DNA of 64,000 nucleotides from Eledone cirrhosa. Its lineage: Eukaryota. The DNA is taken from positions 28,582,001 to 28,646,000 of the forward strand of contig OZ024744.1 in the NCBI GenBank assembly GCA_964016885.1, written 5' to 3'. The number at the start of each line of letters is the position of its first letter. Positions within the stretch are counted from its first letter, which is position 1. Position numbers and translations under genes: made by a program. Below are positions 1 to 13,829 of this stretch, one piece after another. The notes beneath the pieces were generated by a model. That model saw nothing but the letters and a program-made list of their open reading frames with translations, searched no databases and had not been told where the DNA came from.

Positions 1-3000
1 AACCTAATGGATTCTATTCTAATCGGTCTTTTCAGAGCAAACCACCACTTGTTGTTGACGATGGCCCCCGTCAACGCCCGCTTAACTAGTTCGCTAATCC
101 GGTCTCTGTAGGCCTTGCGCGCTGGTAAGGACGCGTTTAGCTTCCAGTAGCCGGGTCCTCGTCTATGAAGCCTATCTAAGTCAAGCACACAGGTCACGAA
201 TTTGTGGTCCGTGTAGCTGACTATCTTGAATTGTGGACAGCCTATGCTAGACCTATCTATTTCCCTACAAAATACTCTATCTAGATATGATCTGGATGAC
301 CCTATGCGGTTTGTCCAAGTCCACATTGGCACATTCGGGAAATCCAATCGGTATCTGTCAGACAGTTCAAAACGCCTGAGCAGGTTGGTGAGGCTCTTGC
401 ACCCTCCACCCCTATCCGCTAATCCCACACAGTCCCAGCGTGCATCTAAGATCCCGTTTCAGTCGCCCACTAACACTAATGAGCGGGACGTTTCAAGAAA
501 GGTCTCCAGACGCCGGAAGAAATCAGGCCGCCCTGCTCCTGTCGGGGCATAGACGGCCACTAGCCTGAAATCTTGCCCGTCTCCGCTGGTCACGTCCAGC
601 ACCACCAACTTACCCTCTGGGTCCAGGAAGATGGGCCGTATGGCGAGATCCAAACCTCTCCGAAAAAGCACAGCAACCCCCCCCCCCGATCCAGGACGGC
701 TGGGAGATGCGTACACATCGTAGCCGCCGAAGATCGGTGCGAAGGCCCGTGCTTCGGAGATTCTGGTCTCGCTGATCGCCACTACATCTATGTTTAGTGA
801 CCTGAGGTCGTTGAGCAGTTGACCCTGCTTCCATGACGACCCCAAGCCACGCGCATTTATGCTGCCTATTCTGAGTGAAGTCATGTTTAAAATAGAGTGG
901 AAAAGATGAGAAAGACCACTTACCGTACTTTTCGTAGAGGAGGGATGGTTTTTCCATCCCTTTTCACTTGATCGTCTGGTGAAGGGACCGTTGAATCGTC
1001 CCTTCGGCTGGTCGTCGGCTCTTCTATGAATATGTCCGAATATACTCTTCGGTTGAGTGTCCCTCCTAGGTCTCTGAAATCACCAACTGCGTTGGGGAAT
1101 TTCGTTTTAATGTTTGTGTATTGTTTCTGTGCTATTTTTAGCAGTCTTATGTTAGTTGGCGTTTTGATTGGTGCTGGTATTATGTAGTCGTGTTGTGAAA
1201 TGTCTGTGTGTTCAATTATGTAAGTCATTAGTTTCTTGTTGTGTGTATTTATTGCCGTGCATTTGTTTTTCTGGGGGTGGGGTGTGGTTCTGCTATTTTC
1301 TTGTTGTTGCTGGGTGTGTGTGTTTTGTTGTTGTGTTTGCGATGTTGGTGCTTGTGGTGGTGGTATTGAAGGTGTTGTTGGCGGTGGGGTTGTCGCTGGT
1401 GGTGCTAGTGTGGGTGGTGATGGTGTTGGTGGTGTTACTGCTGTGAGTCTCTTTGCAGTAGCCTTTACCCTTTTTTCATTTCTTTCCTCCCTTTTCAAAT
1501 GCGACGATGCGCTGCTTCTGTGTTTGTGCCTTCTTACGACCTTTTGCCATCCCTCTCCCACCTCACACTCCATGTCTGATTCTGTGAGGTCGGGGAGGGT
1601 TACCAGCTCCACTCTTTCACTTGTTGTTGTTGGTGATGTTTGCACTGGAGTCTCTGTTGCAGTTGCATTTGGTATTGCTGTTGTTGTTGTTAATACTTCC
1701 ACTGCTGCTGCTGTTTTTGATTTCCGTGGCGTGGGTATGGGTGCCACGGACCTATCGTTCCTGGTTGCCGCTTGTCGTGTTGCTGGTAGCCGTTGGGCCG
1801 GTTTCGGAAGGAGGGGGTTTTCTCCTTTCTCAGGGTCTTCTCGTTGCAGAAGGCCCTGAGGTGAGTCTTCGATCCACAGCGAAAGTATTTCGGGCGTTTG
1901 TCCTCAACACTTATGGGCAGTTGAGTGCCGTTATCGAAGTCTATCACATCCGGGATAGCTTCGATGCACTCCTGGTTGGTTTGGATTAACATCTCAATGG
2001 AGGTGCCGACCCAATCTTCTCTTACTTTTTTCTGTACTTGCAGTACAGTTGTTTTGTCCTCGATTCCGACGAGGACAGACGCGGCCAGCCAAGAAGGGGC
2101 CATCCCGGGGGGACGTGGGTCAGTTTGACCCTCACAATTTTTTACCCGCAGTAGGAGGGCACCAACACCATTTCCTCGCTCCTTAGGGTCACTACGGATT
2201 GAGCCTTTGCCTCCTGGGGTGTGGCAAAAAGTACGTCTACGGTGGCATATTTCTTGCCTCGGGTGATGTGCATTTTCCGCTGCCACACAGACCCCAAGGC
2301 TGTTTGTATTTGAGCCTTTGTGGCTCTTTCAACCCTACGGGATTTTGTACTTACTGTACGGTACGTGACCGTACAGTGCTGTTGGGTTTCGAAACAATTT
2401 TCCGCTGCCTTGCAGATTGCTCGGTGTCCAGTCTTTGTCACCATCTTCTTCGCTTCCTCTAATTCCTCATTTGTTATGAGGATTGTTTCCAGGTTCTTCG
2501 CGATACCTGCAAACGAGATTGGTTTTTCTTTGCTGCTGTTGTTGTTGTTGTTGTCGTCAGAGCTGCTGTTACTTTTGTTGTTGCTGTAGGTACTACGACT
2601 ACTGCCGCCGCCGCTGTTGCTGTGGTTGTTGTTGTTGATGCTGCTGCTGCTGTTGCGGCTGCTACTGTTGTTTTCCTTATCACTGTTGCTGCTGTTATTA
2701 CGGCTGCTACTGCTATTATTCCTGACGTCAGACGAATGAAATGGGTTTTCGTATTTCCCGCACACTTTTTTCGTCGTTGTCGTCGTCGTCGTGGAGAAAC
2801 CTTGCTCGCTTTGCACGTGATTTTTCTTTTCTGGCGTCGCTTGCGAAAGAGAAGGGAGGGAGAGAGACACATTTAGAGAAGGGAGGGAGAGAGACAATCT
2901 TCTCTCTGCTGTAGTGACGATTGAGGAAGAAGAAGAAGGAATGAGTGGGAGTGACGTATGAACATTCATTTTCGTAGCCATGTTGTTTTTTTGTTTAAAA

Positions 3001-3196
3001 TAAATATTGGGCACAAAACCCCAATAGGCGGTTATTTAACCCCGAAGGGCCAAATAGCGGGCAGAAAGACCCCTCTCACAAGGAGGAGGGTGTTTTTGTC
3101 TACAAGTTGGTTAAAGTTTTAAACAATTTACAATTGTTATAGCGGTCAAAATTTACAATACCTTACAGAGCCGAGCCTCCGTCAACCATACCATTC
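1..3196 (-). mobile_element. Tx1-clade (L1 group) non-LTR retrotransposon, type A, copy 1 (3' part runs off the window)
   Basis: 5'UTR starts at the (AAT)15 run. ORF1 (ATG 2981, stop 920) is broken by a stop and frameshifts and has a degenerate zinc knuckle. The ORF2 APE domain (MTSLRIGSINARGL..., YAP, GDxN) starts at 884 with a nonsense codon at 459. Very similar to copy 2. Confidence 0.93.

Positions 3197-3241
<45 letters not shown>
3197..3241. repeat. (AAT)15 microsatellite separating two Tx1 copies
   Basis: Read directly; lies between the 5' end of copy 1 and the 3' end of copy 2. Confidence 0.97.
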
Positions 3242-3243
<2 letters not shown>

Positions 3244-3503
3244 TTTCTTTATTAACCACAAGGGTTTACATAAAGTAGACATTAAGGACAGTGCAGGACA
3301 ATGCAGGACGGTACAAATGGGCATTTCTGCGTGTAAAAAAACAAAAATAGAGGATGTAACAAAAATAACAATGAAAATAACAATGAAAAATTCCCCAATA
3401 GGGGGGAGACTTCGGAGGGACATTTGTGGAGAAAGCCCAGTAAAAAGCCACAATGACCCTGACCACCAAGGCAAGTGCCCTCTCCCAGTTTTCCACCTTT
3501 AGT

Positions 3504-6500
3504 TTACAGATATATACTCAGAGTCGGCCCATTCACTCGGGCCATTCTTGCTTCTCTCACCCATCTTTCAACAAAATGCTGGGAAGAGAGCACTTCCTTC
3601 TCTACTCTGATTTTCCTTTTCAAATGAAATTTGAAAAAGTCAATCAGAGCATCACCGAAGAGGTAAGTGCTCGTCTTCAGCCCTTTCAAACGTGTCCACC
3701 ATACTATCTCTTTCGCCATGGCCACCAGACAGATAAAAACTGCCTGCCCTTCCCGGCTAAAGGAGGAGGGCGGGGCAATCCTCACGATAGACTCAGATGA
3801 TAGCTGGATCCGTCCTAAACGCGACAGCAGGTGTTCGACATAAACACACAAGTCAGCAATTTTCGGACACTGGACGAGTGCGTGCAGGACGGTTTCGTCG
3901 CCCTGCGCGCATCTCGGACATGCCCGGCTGACGGCACCTCCATGCCTGTAGAGTTTATCCCGAACTGGCAAGGCTCCTCGGTAGCACTGCCAGGCCAGAG
4001 ATTTCTGGAAGTTGTCCATAGGCCCTGGCCCGAAAGTTCTTCCGAAGAGATTGGCTAGTTAATTTTCGTCGACGCCTAGAGTTTCCCCAAGTACGTCGTC
4101 GCTCTTCCCCTCCACTAATCCTCTATAGAACGCCGAGGTGGAGTTTCCACCGATCACATTGCCCGATTGGTCGAGGGCTGTGAGCGCCTGAAGACATTCC
4201 AGTCTCCAGGCGCTCCCTCTCGGTCTTCGCTTGACCCAGGACTGCAGCTCCGTCAAGGAAACGAGCTGGGGAAAAACGCGTCTAGCAAACGGCGACCACA
4301 CCTGATCACCGTCGAGGAAGAGGTGGAGATGTCGTAGCCTGAGCGCGTGCCTGCGCATCATCAGCCACGGCATGCCCAGCCCTCCACGTAGCGGGTGTTG
4401 ACAACAGATGGACCGCCTGACCATCGGAGCACGTCCCTTCCACAAAAAGCGAAAGAGCAAACGCTCCAGCGCAGTCAGGCGAGGCTTAGGACAAGGTACG
4501 ACGGTTAGGCGGTAGCAGATGACAGACGCGATGTACGCGTTAGCCACCTCCGCTCGACCTTTCAGGGATAGCTTCCTCTCCGCCCATTTCTGGGTGAGAG
4601 AAGCCACCCTGCTCGTCACCTCGTCCCAGCTTTTGTCCGTCTGGAGGTCCGGACCGAACCAGACCCCTAGCAATTTAACCGGTCCGTCCGTCCAGCGCCC
4701 GACGACGCTGTTGGACGGCATGGACCTGCCTCTCCAGGTGCCGAGCTGCAGGCCCACTGACTTTTCCTGGTTGATCATTGCTCCTGTCACCGCTTCGTAT
4801 TCTCTTAGTGTAGTGCCGATCGCCTCGATGTGTTTGGCGTTCGACACCACTACGGTGACATCGTCCGCATATGCTGACACGGATCTTCCGCATCCTAGTT
4901 CGCGCGGGACTCCCCTCAACGTCTCCAGTTTGTGCAGTAATGGCTCGAGAGTCAATACGTACAAGAGGGACGAGAGGGGACATCCTTGGCGGACCGAGCG
5001 CATGATGTTGAACGGTTCCGACAGGTGACCGTTCACTCTCACTACAGAGCAGATGTCGCTGTGCATGTCAGCGATCCAGCCTCTGAAGACGGGCCCAAAG
5101 CCAGCCGCCCTCAGGACTGCCGCTAGGTAACGATGGTCGACCCTATCGAAAGCTTTCGACTGATCTAAATTGATCAAGGACCCACCCGTGCCAGGTTCCC
5201 TAGCTACCCTCTCTACGATGTATCGCATGAGGTGGAGGTTGTCGTGGATGGATCTGTCGGGAATGGCGCATGTCTGCGCCTCTCCCACCAGACCACCAAC
5301 GACAAGCGCCAACCTCTTTGCTAGCACCTTGGCCAAAATCTTAAACTCTGTGTTTAGCAGAGTTATGGGCCGGAAATTGTCTATGTTATCCCCCTTGTTC
5401 GGATCCTTTCTCAGCAGTGCCACCGCTCCTCGGCTCACAGAACTGGGAATTCTCCCGTTCTGTTGCCAGTTGCAGTAGACGTCCGCCAAGAGGCCTCCGA
5501 ACAAGTCTGGCATCTGTACGTAAAGTTCATAGGGCAGACCATCCAAACCAGGCGATTTACCCCTTGTGCAGCCAGTCATTGCCTCCCGTACTTCAGCGGC
5601 TGTTATCGGCTTTTCGCAACACTTCGCCTCAGTGGCCGAGAGCCGCGGCAGTCCGTCGAGGTAGACACTAAAGTCCATCCCTCTACCCGGCCCACCGCTG
5701 CCCCCGAACAGCTGAGCGAAGTGTCGCTGAAAAGCTTCACACATTTGCCCGGGATCGAGTAGCATGCGCCCGTCGTGGTCCACCAAAGACCGGATCGTGG
5801 CTTTGTTGCCACGACGCGCCTCCGCCACTCGGGCCCATTGCACGGCTTTCGTCCCCTCGTGTCTGAGAGCACGCACCCTTGCTCTGACAACGCAGCCTTC
5901 GTGCTTTGCATTGAAGAATTGGTCAAGGGCCAATTTCGCCGCAAGCACGTCGGTCGCAATGCCTTTGCTAAGCGCCTCGTCTAATTTTCTAACTAGTTCT
6001 CCCTCTGCTCTATTTTTCTCTATTGCTAAAGCCTTACTAAACCTAATCGATTCTATTCTAATCGCTCTTTTCAGAGCAAACCACCACTTGTTGTTGACGA
6101 TGGCCCCCGTCAATGCCCGCTTAACTAGTTCGCTAATCCGGTCTCTGTAGGCCTTGCGCGCTGGTAAGGACGCGTTTAGCTTCCAGTAGCCGGGTCCTCG
6201 TCTATGAAGCCTATCTAAGTCAAGCACACAGATCACGAATTTGTGGTCCGTGTAGCTGACTATCTTGAATTGTGGACAGCCTATGCTAGACCTATCTATT
6301 TCCCTACAAAATACTCTATCTAGATATGATCTGGATGACCCTATGCGGTTTGTCCAAGTCCACATTGGCACATTCGGGAAATCCAATCGGTACCTGTCAG
6401 ACAGTTCAAAACGCCTGAGCAGGTTGGTGAGGCTCTTGCACCCTCCACCCCTATCCGCTAATCCCACACAGTCCCAGCGTGCATCTAAGATCCCGTTCCA

Positions 6501-6923
6501 GTCGCCCACTAACACTAAAGAGCGGGACGTTCCAAGAAAGGTCTCCAGACGCCGGAAGAAATCAGGCCGCCCTGCTCCTGTCGGGGCATAGACGGCCACT
6601 AGCCTGAAAGCTTGCCCGTCTCCGCTGGTCACATCCAGCACCACCAGCTTACCCTCTGGGTCCAGGAAGATGGCCTGTATGGCGAGATCCAAACCTCTCC
6701 GAAAAAGCACAGCAACTCCTCCACCCGATCCAGGACGGCTGGGAGATGCGTACACATCGTAGCCGCCGAAGATCGGTGCGAAGGCCCGTGCTTCGGAGAT
6801 TCTGGTCTCGCTGATGGCCACTACATCTATGTTTAGTGACCTGAGGTCGTTGAGCAGGTGACCCTGCTTCCATGACGACCCCAAGCCACGCGCATTTATG
6901 CTGCCTATTCTGAGTGAGGTCAT
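3504..6923 (-). pseudogene. Tx1 ORF2: APE endonuclease, reverse transcriptase and C-terminal zinc knuckle; one premature stop at 4059-4061
   Basis: The 954-aa ORF continues in frame to 3504. Motifs: SINARGL, GDWN, YLDR, TDH (APE); SPGLDG, FRPITLLN, KAFDRV, QGCPLS, YADD (RT); CPRC...H...C. Confidence 0.95.
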
Positions 6924-6957
6924 GTTTAAATAGAGTGGAAAAGATGGGAAAGACCAC

Positions 6958-9047
6958 TTACCGTACTTTTGGTAGAGGAGGGATGGTTTTTACATCCCTT
7001 TTCACTTGATCGTCTGGTGAAGGGACCGTTGAATCGTCCCTTCGGCTGGTCGTCGGCTCTTCTAAGAGAATGTCTGAATATACTCTTCGATTGATGGTTC
7101 CTCCTAGGTCCCTGAAATCACCAACTGCGTTGGGGAATTTCGTTTTAATGTTTGTGTATTGTTTCTGTGCTATTTTTAGCAGTCTTATGTTAGTTGGCGT
7201 TTTGATTGGTGCTAGTATTATGTAGTCCTGTTGTGAAATGTCTGTGTGTTCAATTATGTAAGTCATTAGTTTCTTGTTGTGTGTGTTTATTGCCGTGCAT
7301 TTGTTTTTCTGGGGGTGGGGTGTGGTTCTGCTATTTTCTTGTCGTTGTTGCTGGGTGTGTGTGTTTTGTTGTTGTGTTTGCGATGTTGGTGCTTGTGGTG
7401 GTGGTGTTGAAGGTGTTGTTGGCGGTGGGGTTGTCGCCGGTGGTGATGGTGGTGCTGGTGTGGGTGGTGATGGTGTTGTTGGTGGTGTTGCTGCTGTGGG
7501 TCTCTTTGCAGTAGACTTTACCCTTTTCTCATTTCTTTCCTCCCTTTTCAAAGGCGACGATGCGCTGCTTCTGCGTTTGTGCCTTCTTGCGACCTTTTGC
7601 CATCCCTCTCCCACCTCACACTCCATGTCTGATTCTGTAAGGTCGGGGAGGGGTACCAGCTCCATTCTTTCACTTGTTGTTGTTGGTGATGTTTGCACTG
7701 GAGTCTCTGTTGCAGCTGCATTTGGTATTGCTGTTGTTGTTGTTAATATTTCCACTGCTGCTGCTGTTTTTGATTTCCGTGGAGTGGGTATGGGTGCCAC
7801 GGACCTATCGTTCCTGGTTGCCGCTTGTCCTGTTGCTGGTAGCCGTGGAGCCGGATTCGGAAGGAGGGGGGTTTTCTCCTTTCTCAGGGTCTTCTCGTTG
7901 CAGAAGGCCCTGAGGTGAGTCTTCGATCCACAGCGAAAGCATTTCGGGCGTTTGCCCTCAACACTTATGGGCAGTTGAGTGCCGTTATCGAAGTCTATCA
8001 CATCCGGGATAGCTTCGATGCACTCCTGGTTGGTTTGGATTAGCATCTCAATGGAGGAGCCGACCCAATCTTCTCTTACTTTTTTCTGTACTTGCAGTAC
8101 AGTTGTTTTGATTCCGACGAGGACAGACGCGGCCAGCCAAGAAGGGGTCATTCCGGGGGGGACGTGGGTCAGTTTGACCCTCACAATTTTTTGCCCGCAG
8201 TAGGAGGGCACCAACACCATTTCCTCGCTCCTTAGGGTCACTACTGATTGGGCCTTTGCCTCCTGGGGTGTGGCAAAAAGTACGTCTACGGTGGCGTATT
8301 TTTTGCCTCGGGTGATGTGCGTTTTCCTCTGCCACACAGACCCCAAGGCTTTTTGTATTTGGGCCTCTGTGGCTCTTTCCACCCTACGGGATTTTGTACT
8401 TACTGTACGGTACGTGACCGTACAGTGCTCTTGGGTTTCGAAAAAATTTTCGCTGCCTTGCAGATTGCTCGGTGTCCGTTCTTTGTCACCATCTTCTTCG
8501 CTTCCTCTAATTCCTCATTTGTTATGAGGATTGTTTCCAAGTTTTTCGCAATACCTGCAAATGAGATTGGTTTTTCTCTGCTGTTGTTGTTGTCGTCAGA
8601 GCTGCTGGTACTTTTGTTGCTGCAGGTACTACGACTACTGCCTCCGCCGCTGTTGCTGTGGTTGTTGTTGGTGTTGCTGCTGCTAATGCTGTTGTTGTTT
8701 ATGCTGCTGGTGATGCTGTTGCGGCTGCTACTGTTGTTTTCATTGTCACTGTTGCTGTTGTTATAACGGCTGCTACTGCTATTATTCCTGACGTCAGACG
8801 AATGAACTGGGTTTTCGTATTTCCCGCACACCTGTTTCGTCGCTGTCGTCGTCGTCGTGGAGAAACCTTGCACGCTTTGCACGAGACTTTTCTTTTCTTT
8901 CGTCGCTTGCGAAAGAGAAGGGAGGGAGAGAGACACATTTAAAGAAGGGAGGGAGAGAGACAATCTTCTCTCTGCTGTAGTGATGATTGAGGAAGAAGAA
9001 GACGGAATGAGTGGGAGTGACGTATGAAATTTCTTTTTGGTAGCCAT
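6958..9047 (-). pseudogene. Tx1 type A ORF1 (gag-like, CCHC knuckle), frameshift near 8440
   Basis: ORFs 8400-9080 and 6958-8382; CFRCGSKTHLRAFC fits CX2CX4HX4C; Ser/Asn- and Pro/Thr-rich linkers. Confidence 0.88.
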
Positions 9048-9278
9048 GTTTTTTTGTTTAAAATGAAATTTTGGGTACAAAACCCCAATAACTGGTTATT
9101 TAACCCCGAAGGGCCAAATAACGGACAGAAAGACCCCTCTCACGAGGAGGAGGGTGTCTTTATCAACAATTTGGTTCAAGTTTTAAACAATTTACAATTG
9201 TTTTAACGGTTAAAAATTACTATACCTTACAGAGCCGAGCCTCCGTCAACCATGGCATTCAATAATAATAATAATAAT

Positions 9279-9443
9279 GGTTTCTTTATTGGCCAAAAAG
9301 GCTAACATGAAGAAAAACATTACAGACGCACAGGACGATACAAAGTGGGTTTTAACCGTGTAAAAAGGTTATAAAAGACAGAAACGTGTAAAATAAATGA
9401 AATTCAAATAACAAAAATTCCCCAATAAGGGGGATGCTTCTGA
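9279..9443 (-). mobile_element. 5'-truncated Tx1 3'UTR fragment
   Basis: AATAAAGAAACC abuts (AAT)6 at 9261-9278; carries the same CCCC..TATTGGGGAATTTTT motif as the other Tx1 3'UTRs. Confidence 0.75.
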
Positions 9444-9458
9444 TAATATATATGTATG

Positions 9459-9492
<34 letters not shown>

Positions 9493-9519
9493 TGTATGTA
9501 TGTATGTATGTATGTATGT

Positions 9520-10124
9520 CAGGTCACCAGTTGGTGCTACTGGTAACATGTATCCCAGTACAACCTGTCTCATGGTCGGGTCGTTGGCGACTAAACTGGC
9601 AACCCCACCAAGGTTTCTTGGTGAGGAGGGTGACTTTGGACATCCTGCAGGACTAAAAACAAACCTGTCAAAGGGCAAAGGAGCTCTTAAGAGTCAATGG
9701 CCATCCAAAATCACCGGGAGAGATGACCCCTTAGCCTTTGTCAAGGCAGAATTCTAGGAGAAGGAAAACACTGATATAACACCTGCAACCCTGATGGTAT
9801 CCAATGATGTTGACTTGTTCTTCTTTTTGGTACATATCATCTTGGTTAAGAGAGTGGGACTGGCTTTGTGCAGTGCCTTTGCTCACTATAAAAGCTTCAC
9901 AGCACAGGCATTGCTTTATATCTGGAGATCTCTCTGCACTTGTCGTCACATGGTACCATGGGCCCAGCACTATGTGTCAATAATTGTCAAAAGTGTAGTG
10001 TTTGTACCAGAGTTTTCAAATCGCTGGCTGAACTAAAAAGTCACACTCGTTCAGCGCATCCGTAGGGGTTCTCCTACATGGATATAAAGTAGTGGCCGTA
10101 CTCGAAAACGAGTTGGCAGCCACC
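9520..10124 (+). mobile_element. Unclassified interspersed repeat flanked by (TATG)n; first ~200 bp homologous to 44575-44790 (-)
   Basis: Shares GGTCAC...CTGGTAA.ATGTA.CCCA.TACAACCTGTC.CATGGTCGGGTCGT...GGCAACCCCACCAAG with the second locus; both start after (TATG)n. Confidence 0.6.
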
Positions 10125-11047
10125 ATGTATGTATGTATGTAAGTATGTATGTATATGTATTAAGAGAGAAAGAAAGAGGAGAGAGAAAAAAGAGGGAGAG
10201 ATAGCATGATGGAGCGAGTGTGAGTGATTTTTAGATAGATAGATAGAGGGTGAGGAGAATTGACACAGATAAGGTAAAATGCAAAGAGACTAACATACAG
10301 GAACGATGACGTTTAGACGGTTAAGAGTCATTGATTTGTACATAGAAACACAAAGATGGTAACACGAAGTGGGCAAAAAACTCCGTGGTCATCAACTATC
10401 TGTAATGAGCATACATGGTTTCAACACCAAAAAAATATACTGCTGGTCTATTTGAAGTCACAGCGTGTAGTATCAAGTTAGTTAAACACTGTCCTTGTGT
10501 ATTCTAATGGCTGTCGTAGTGCAAGAACGCAGGCATGGACAACAAAGTATTAGCTTCGATTTGTATAAATCTGATAGACTAGTGTACAAGTAACATTAGA
10601 TGACGTAGTCCTAGCTAAACTGTGGCGTCTGATTAAAAGAATATGTGAGATGTTCGTAGCTAAAATATCTTGGATGACAGCTGAACTGAAGGTAATCAAA
10701 GCAATAGAAATAACAACTGAAAAACAAAGCAGTGACACGTTAGATAACATAGTCCTAACTACACTATGGCGTCCGAAAAAAAAAAGAGTACGAGACATGG
10801 TCATAGATAAAACGTCTCTTGATTTAAAGTTTGCTGGATCATGGCTGCCTGGATAATAATCAGAAACAACAACAACAACAAAACATAAGAATATCTGCAG
10901 TTTTGCCATGAAGAAACATTAAATAATGTAGTCCACTGTGGTATCTGAATAAAAACATATTCGTATGAGATACAGTTAGAGGTAAAACATCTTTTGATCA
11001 TGTCTGCTAAATCAACGCTGATCTTGTGATAAACTACGATAACAACA

Positions 11048-11266
11048 TTGGTTTCTGATTTAGGCACAAGGCCAGAATTTTGAAGGGAAGGGGAAAGTCG
11101 ATTAAATTGATCCCAGTGTATTACTGGCACTTTATTTTATCGACCCCGTAAGGATGAAAGGTAAATCTAACCTCGCTGGGATTTGAAATCAGAACGTACG
11201 TAAAAGGCCGTAATTATATGCCGTGAAGCATTTGGTCCGACGCTCTATCGATTCTGCTAATCCACC
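11048..11266 (-). mobile_element. tRNA-derived SINE
   Basis: Pol III A-box and B-box-like head; central CCTTTCATCCTTACGGGGTCGATAAAATAAAGT.CCAG block shared with other copies in the window. Confidence 0.8.
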
Positions 11267-11352
11267 GAGAGTTTTAGTAACAACAACATCAACAACAGCA
11301 ACATCAACAACAACAGCAAGAGCAGCAAGAGCAGCAGCTTTAGAAGCAGGAA

Positions 11353-11491
11353 TCTTCTTCTTCTTCTTCTTCTTCTTCTTCTTCTTCTTCTTCTTCTTCT
11401 TCTTCTTCTTCTTCTTCTTCTTCTTCTTCTTCTTCTTCTTCTTCTTCTTCTTCTTCTTCTTCTTCTTCTTCTTCTTCTTCTTCTTCTTCTT
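11353..11491. repeat. (TTC)n microsatellite, ~46 units
   Basis: Read directly. Confidence 0.97.
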
Positions 11492-12025
11492 CCTGAGAGG
11501 ATCGTTGGGCCAGAGTCATCAAGCACTCCTTCCAGCGGCTCCTGTCAGAAGCAACTGTCTCCAACTGATCCGGGTGGATACCCAAGTGAGACCAGCCAAT
11601 CTCATCGATAGTATCCAACTATCTTGCTCCAGTTCTGCCCCTGAGTCTTCTACAAGTTGGTTTTGTCTGTAAAATATGTCCAACAATTCTTTCCTGAGAC
11701 ATTCTAGCCACATGTCCATAGTATCAGAGCTGTGATCTCTCAATTCAGAGAAGTAGCAGCTCTATCTGGAGTGACACTCTTTCGGTCATTACCAAAGATT
11801 TATGACCATAGGTAAGGGTTGGCACAAAAACGAATTGAAGGTAGCAGAGTTTGGCTTTTACACCTACCTCCTTCTTCTGATTACTGAATGCTGAAGCTGG
11901 CTCATTACTGTCCCAGCCTTTTCAATTCTTGCTCTTAGTTCAGCCTCTTGCCTTCCATCACTCGTGAACACGGACGCGAGATACGTGAACTTATTTACCT
12001 GCTACAGAGGAATCGACTGGCTAAA
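11492..12025 (-). mobile_element. Degenerate RTE-like LINE 3' fragment ending in (GAA)n
   Basis: Minus-strand remnants (QVNKFTYLAS..., YGH-like, R..W.DTI, ASDRSRW) typical of an RTE C-terminus. Confidence 0.6.
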
Positions 12026-12112
12026 AAAGATTGATCTTCTCTGAAAATAAAATATATATGAATGTATCTCCTCCCTGATATTTTATGCCATCAGCCAAGG
12101 GGAGTGGGAATA

Positions 12113-12499
12113 TCTTTATATATATAAAAGCGAGGATGTGTGTGTGTCTGTGTACAACTTGGCATGCATACGGCTTTCACAATTACCAACTGAATTTGAC
12201 CAAATTTTCTGTGCACGTTGCACAGATCGATAGGATTGTCACATCACAATCATTTTTCAAATCGACCCACGTTGAGCAATAAAACATCGATATATAAATT
12301 ATCGGTAGAAAAATTGATGTAAGGGAGATAACAAACTTTATTGACCTTATAAAAAAGGGAGATAACCTTTTCACCAAATACATTGAAGACTTCTGCTTAT
12401 TTTGACAGGTTGGGGACAAATGATGTTCTTCTTTTTCTTCCTAGCTGTATATTCTTAGCATAATTTCAAACCCCGAGCAACGCCGGGTAAATCTGCTAG
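12113..12499 (+). mobile_element. Non-autonomous Helitron
   Basis: 5' A|TCTTTATATATATAAAAG; 3' subterminal hairpin CCCGAGCAACGCCGGG followed by CTAG|T; inserted at an AT site with no TSD. Confidence 0.8.
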
Positions 12500-12855
12500 T
12501 CTCTTATAAAGCCCACTTCAACGACTCAGTAGAAAGAGAGAGAGAGAAAGAGATAGAGATCCACCCCCAAGTCATTGGCAGCTGGTCTCCGATCATATGA
12601 CATTACACACTGCCACTCCTTAACCCTTCATGTATCTACATTCCCACTCTGTCCCACCCATACATTCAGTGTCACAGTGAAGGTTATCTTCACCACCACC
12701 ACCAATATCACTAGGTGCACTCACATATATACATGCATATCATCACACATATTTGCATACACACGCAGCACACATACACACACACATATATATGTATATA
12801 TGGACAATGTATACTATCCATCTCAAAGTACTTGTCCAGGTTCTTCACATCACAA

Positions 12856-13472
<617 letters not shown>

Positions 13473-13829
13473 AGTGAGTTCTGGTTTCAGTTGAGGGTAA
13501 CCACAGTAAGGAACTCAATACAATAGTAGAGTATATACAATATTAAATATAGAAATGGCTTCTACATTCTTCATTATAACCTCATAAGTCGACTTTCCTG
13601 ATGATTTCCTTCGAATGAAACAGTTCTAGTCCTGTATAAGCCATATATATATAGTAATAATAATAAATGTGAAGACTAAAATCCAAAGAGGGCTCGATAA
13701 GGATAAATATATATCAAATATATAAGAACCGTAGAGCAAATATTTATTAAAATAACATTAATGTTTAAGCAAAGAATCGCTGCTTTCACCCTTAACGGGA
13801 TCTTCTGTTATTTGAATATATATATATTT

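Larger units (their letters stand above)
3242..9260 (-). mobile_element. Full-length Tx1-clade non-LTR retrotransposon, type A, copy 2 (~6.0 kb)
   Basis: 5'UTR, ORF1, ORF2 and a 3'UTR ending AATAAAGAAATC; (AAT)n on both sides. Confidence 0.95.

Noticed and set aside
4519-5028. Antisense ORFs recurring in every Tx1 copy (169, 108 and 102 aa)
   Set aside because: They are shadows of a GC-rich ORF2 and recur only because the copies are near-identical.
10590-10820. Diverged ~143-bp tandem duplication
   Set aside because: Only two degenerate units, with no spacer structure or coding signal; not CRISPR-like.
13590-13640. CTGATGA...GAAAC hammerhead-like motif (related sequence at ~60820-60860 on -)
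   Set aside because: Core boxes are present but I could not form stems I and III; at best a decayed copy.
13770-13810. CAGAAGA-stem-GAAA motif on the minus strand (also at ~59815-59852)
   Set aside because: U4 is replaced and there is no properly placed UH site or stem I.
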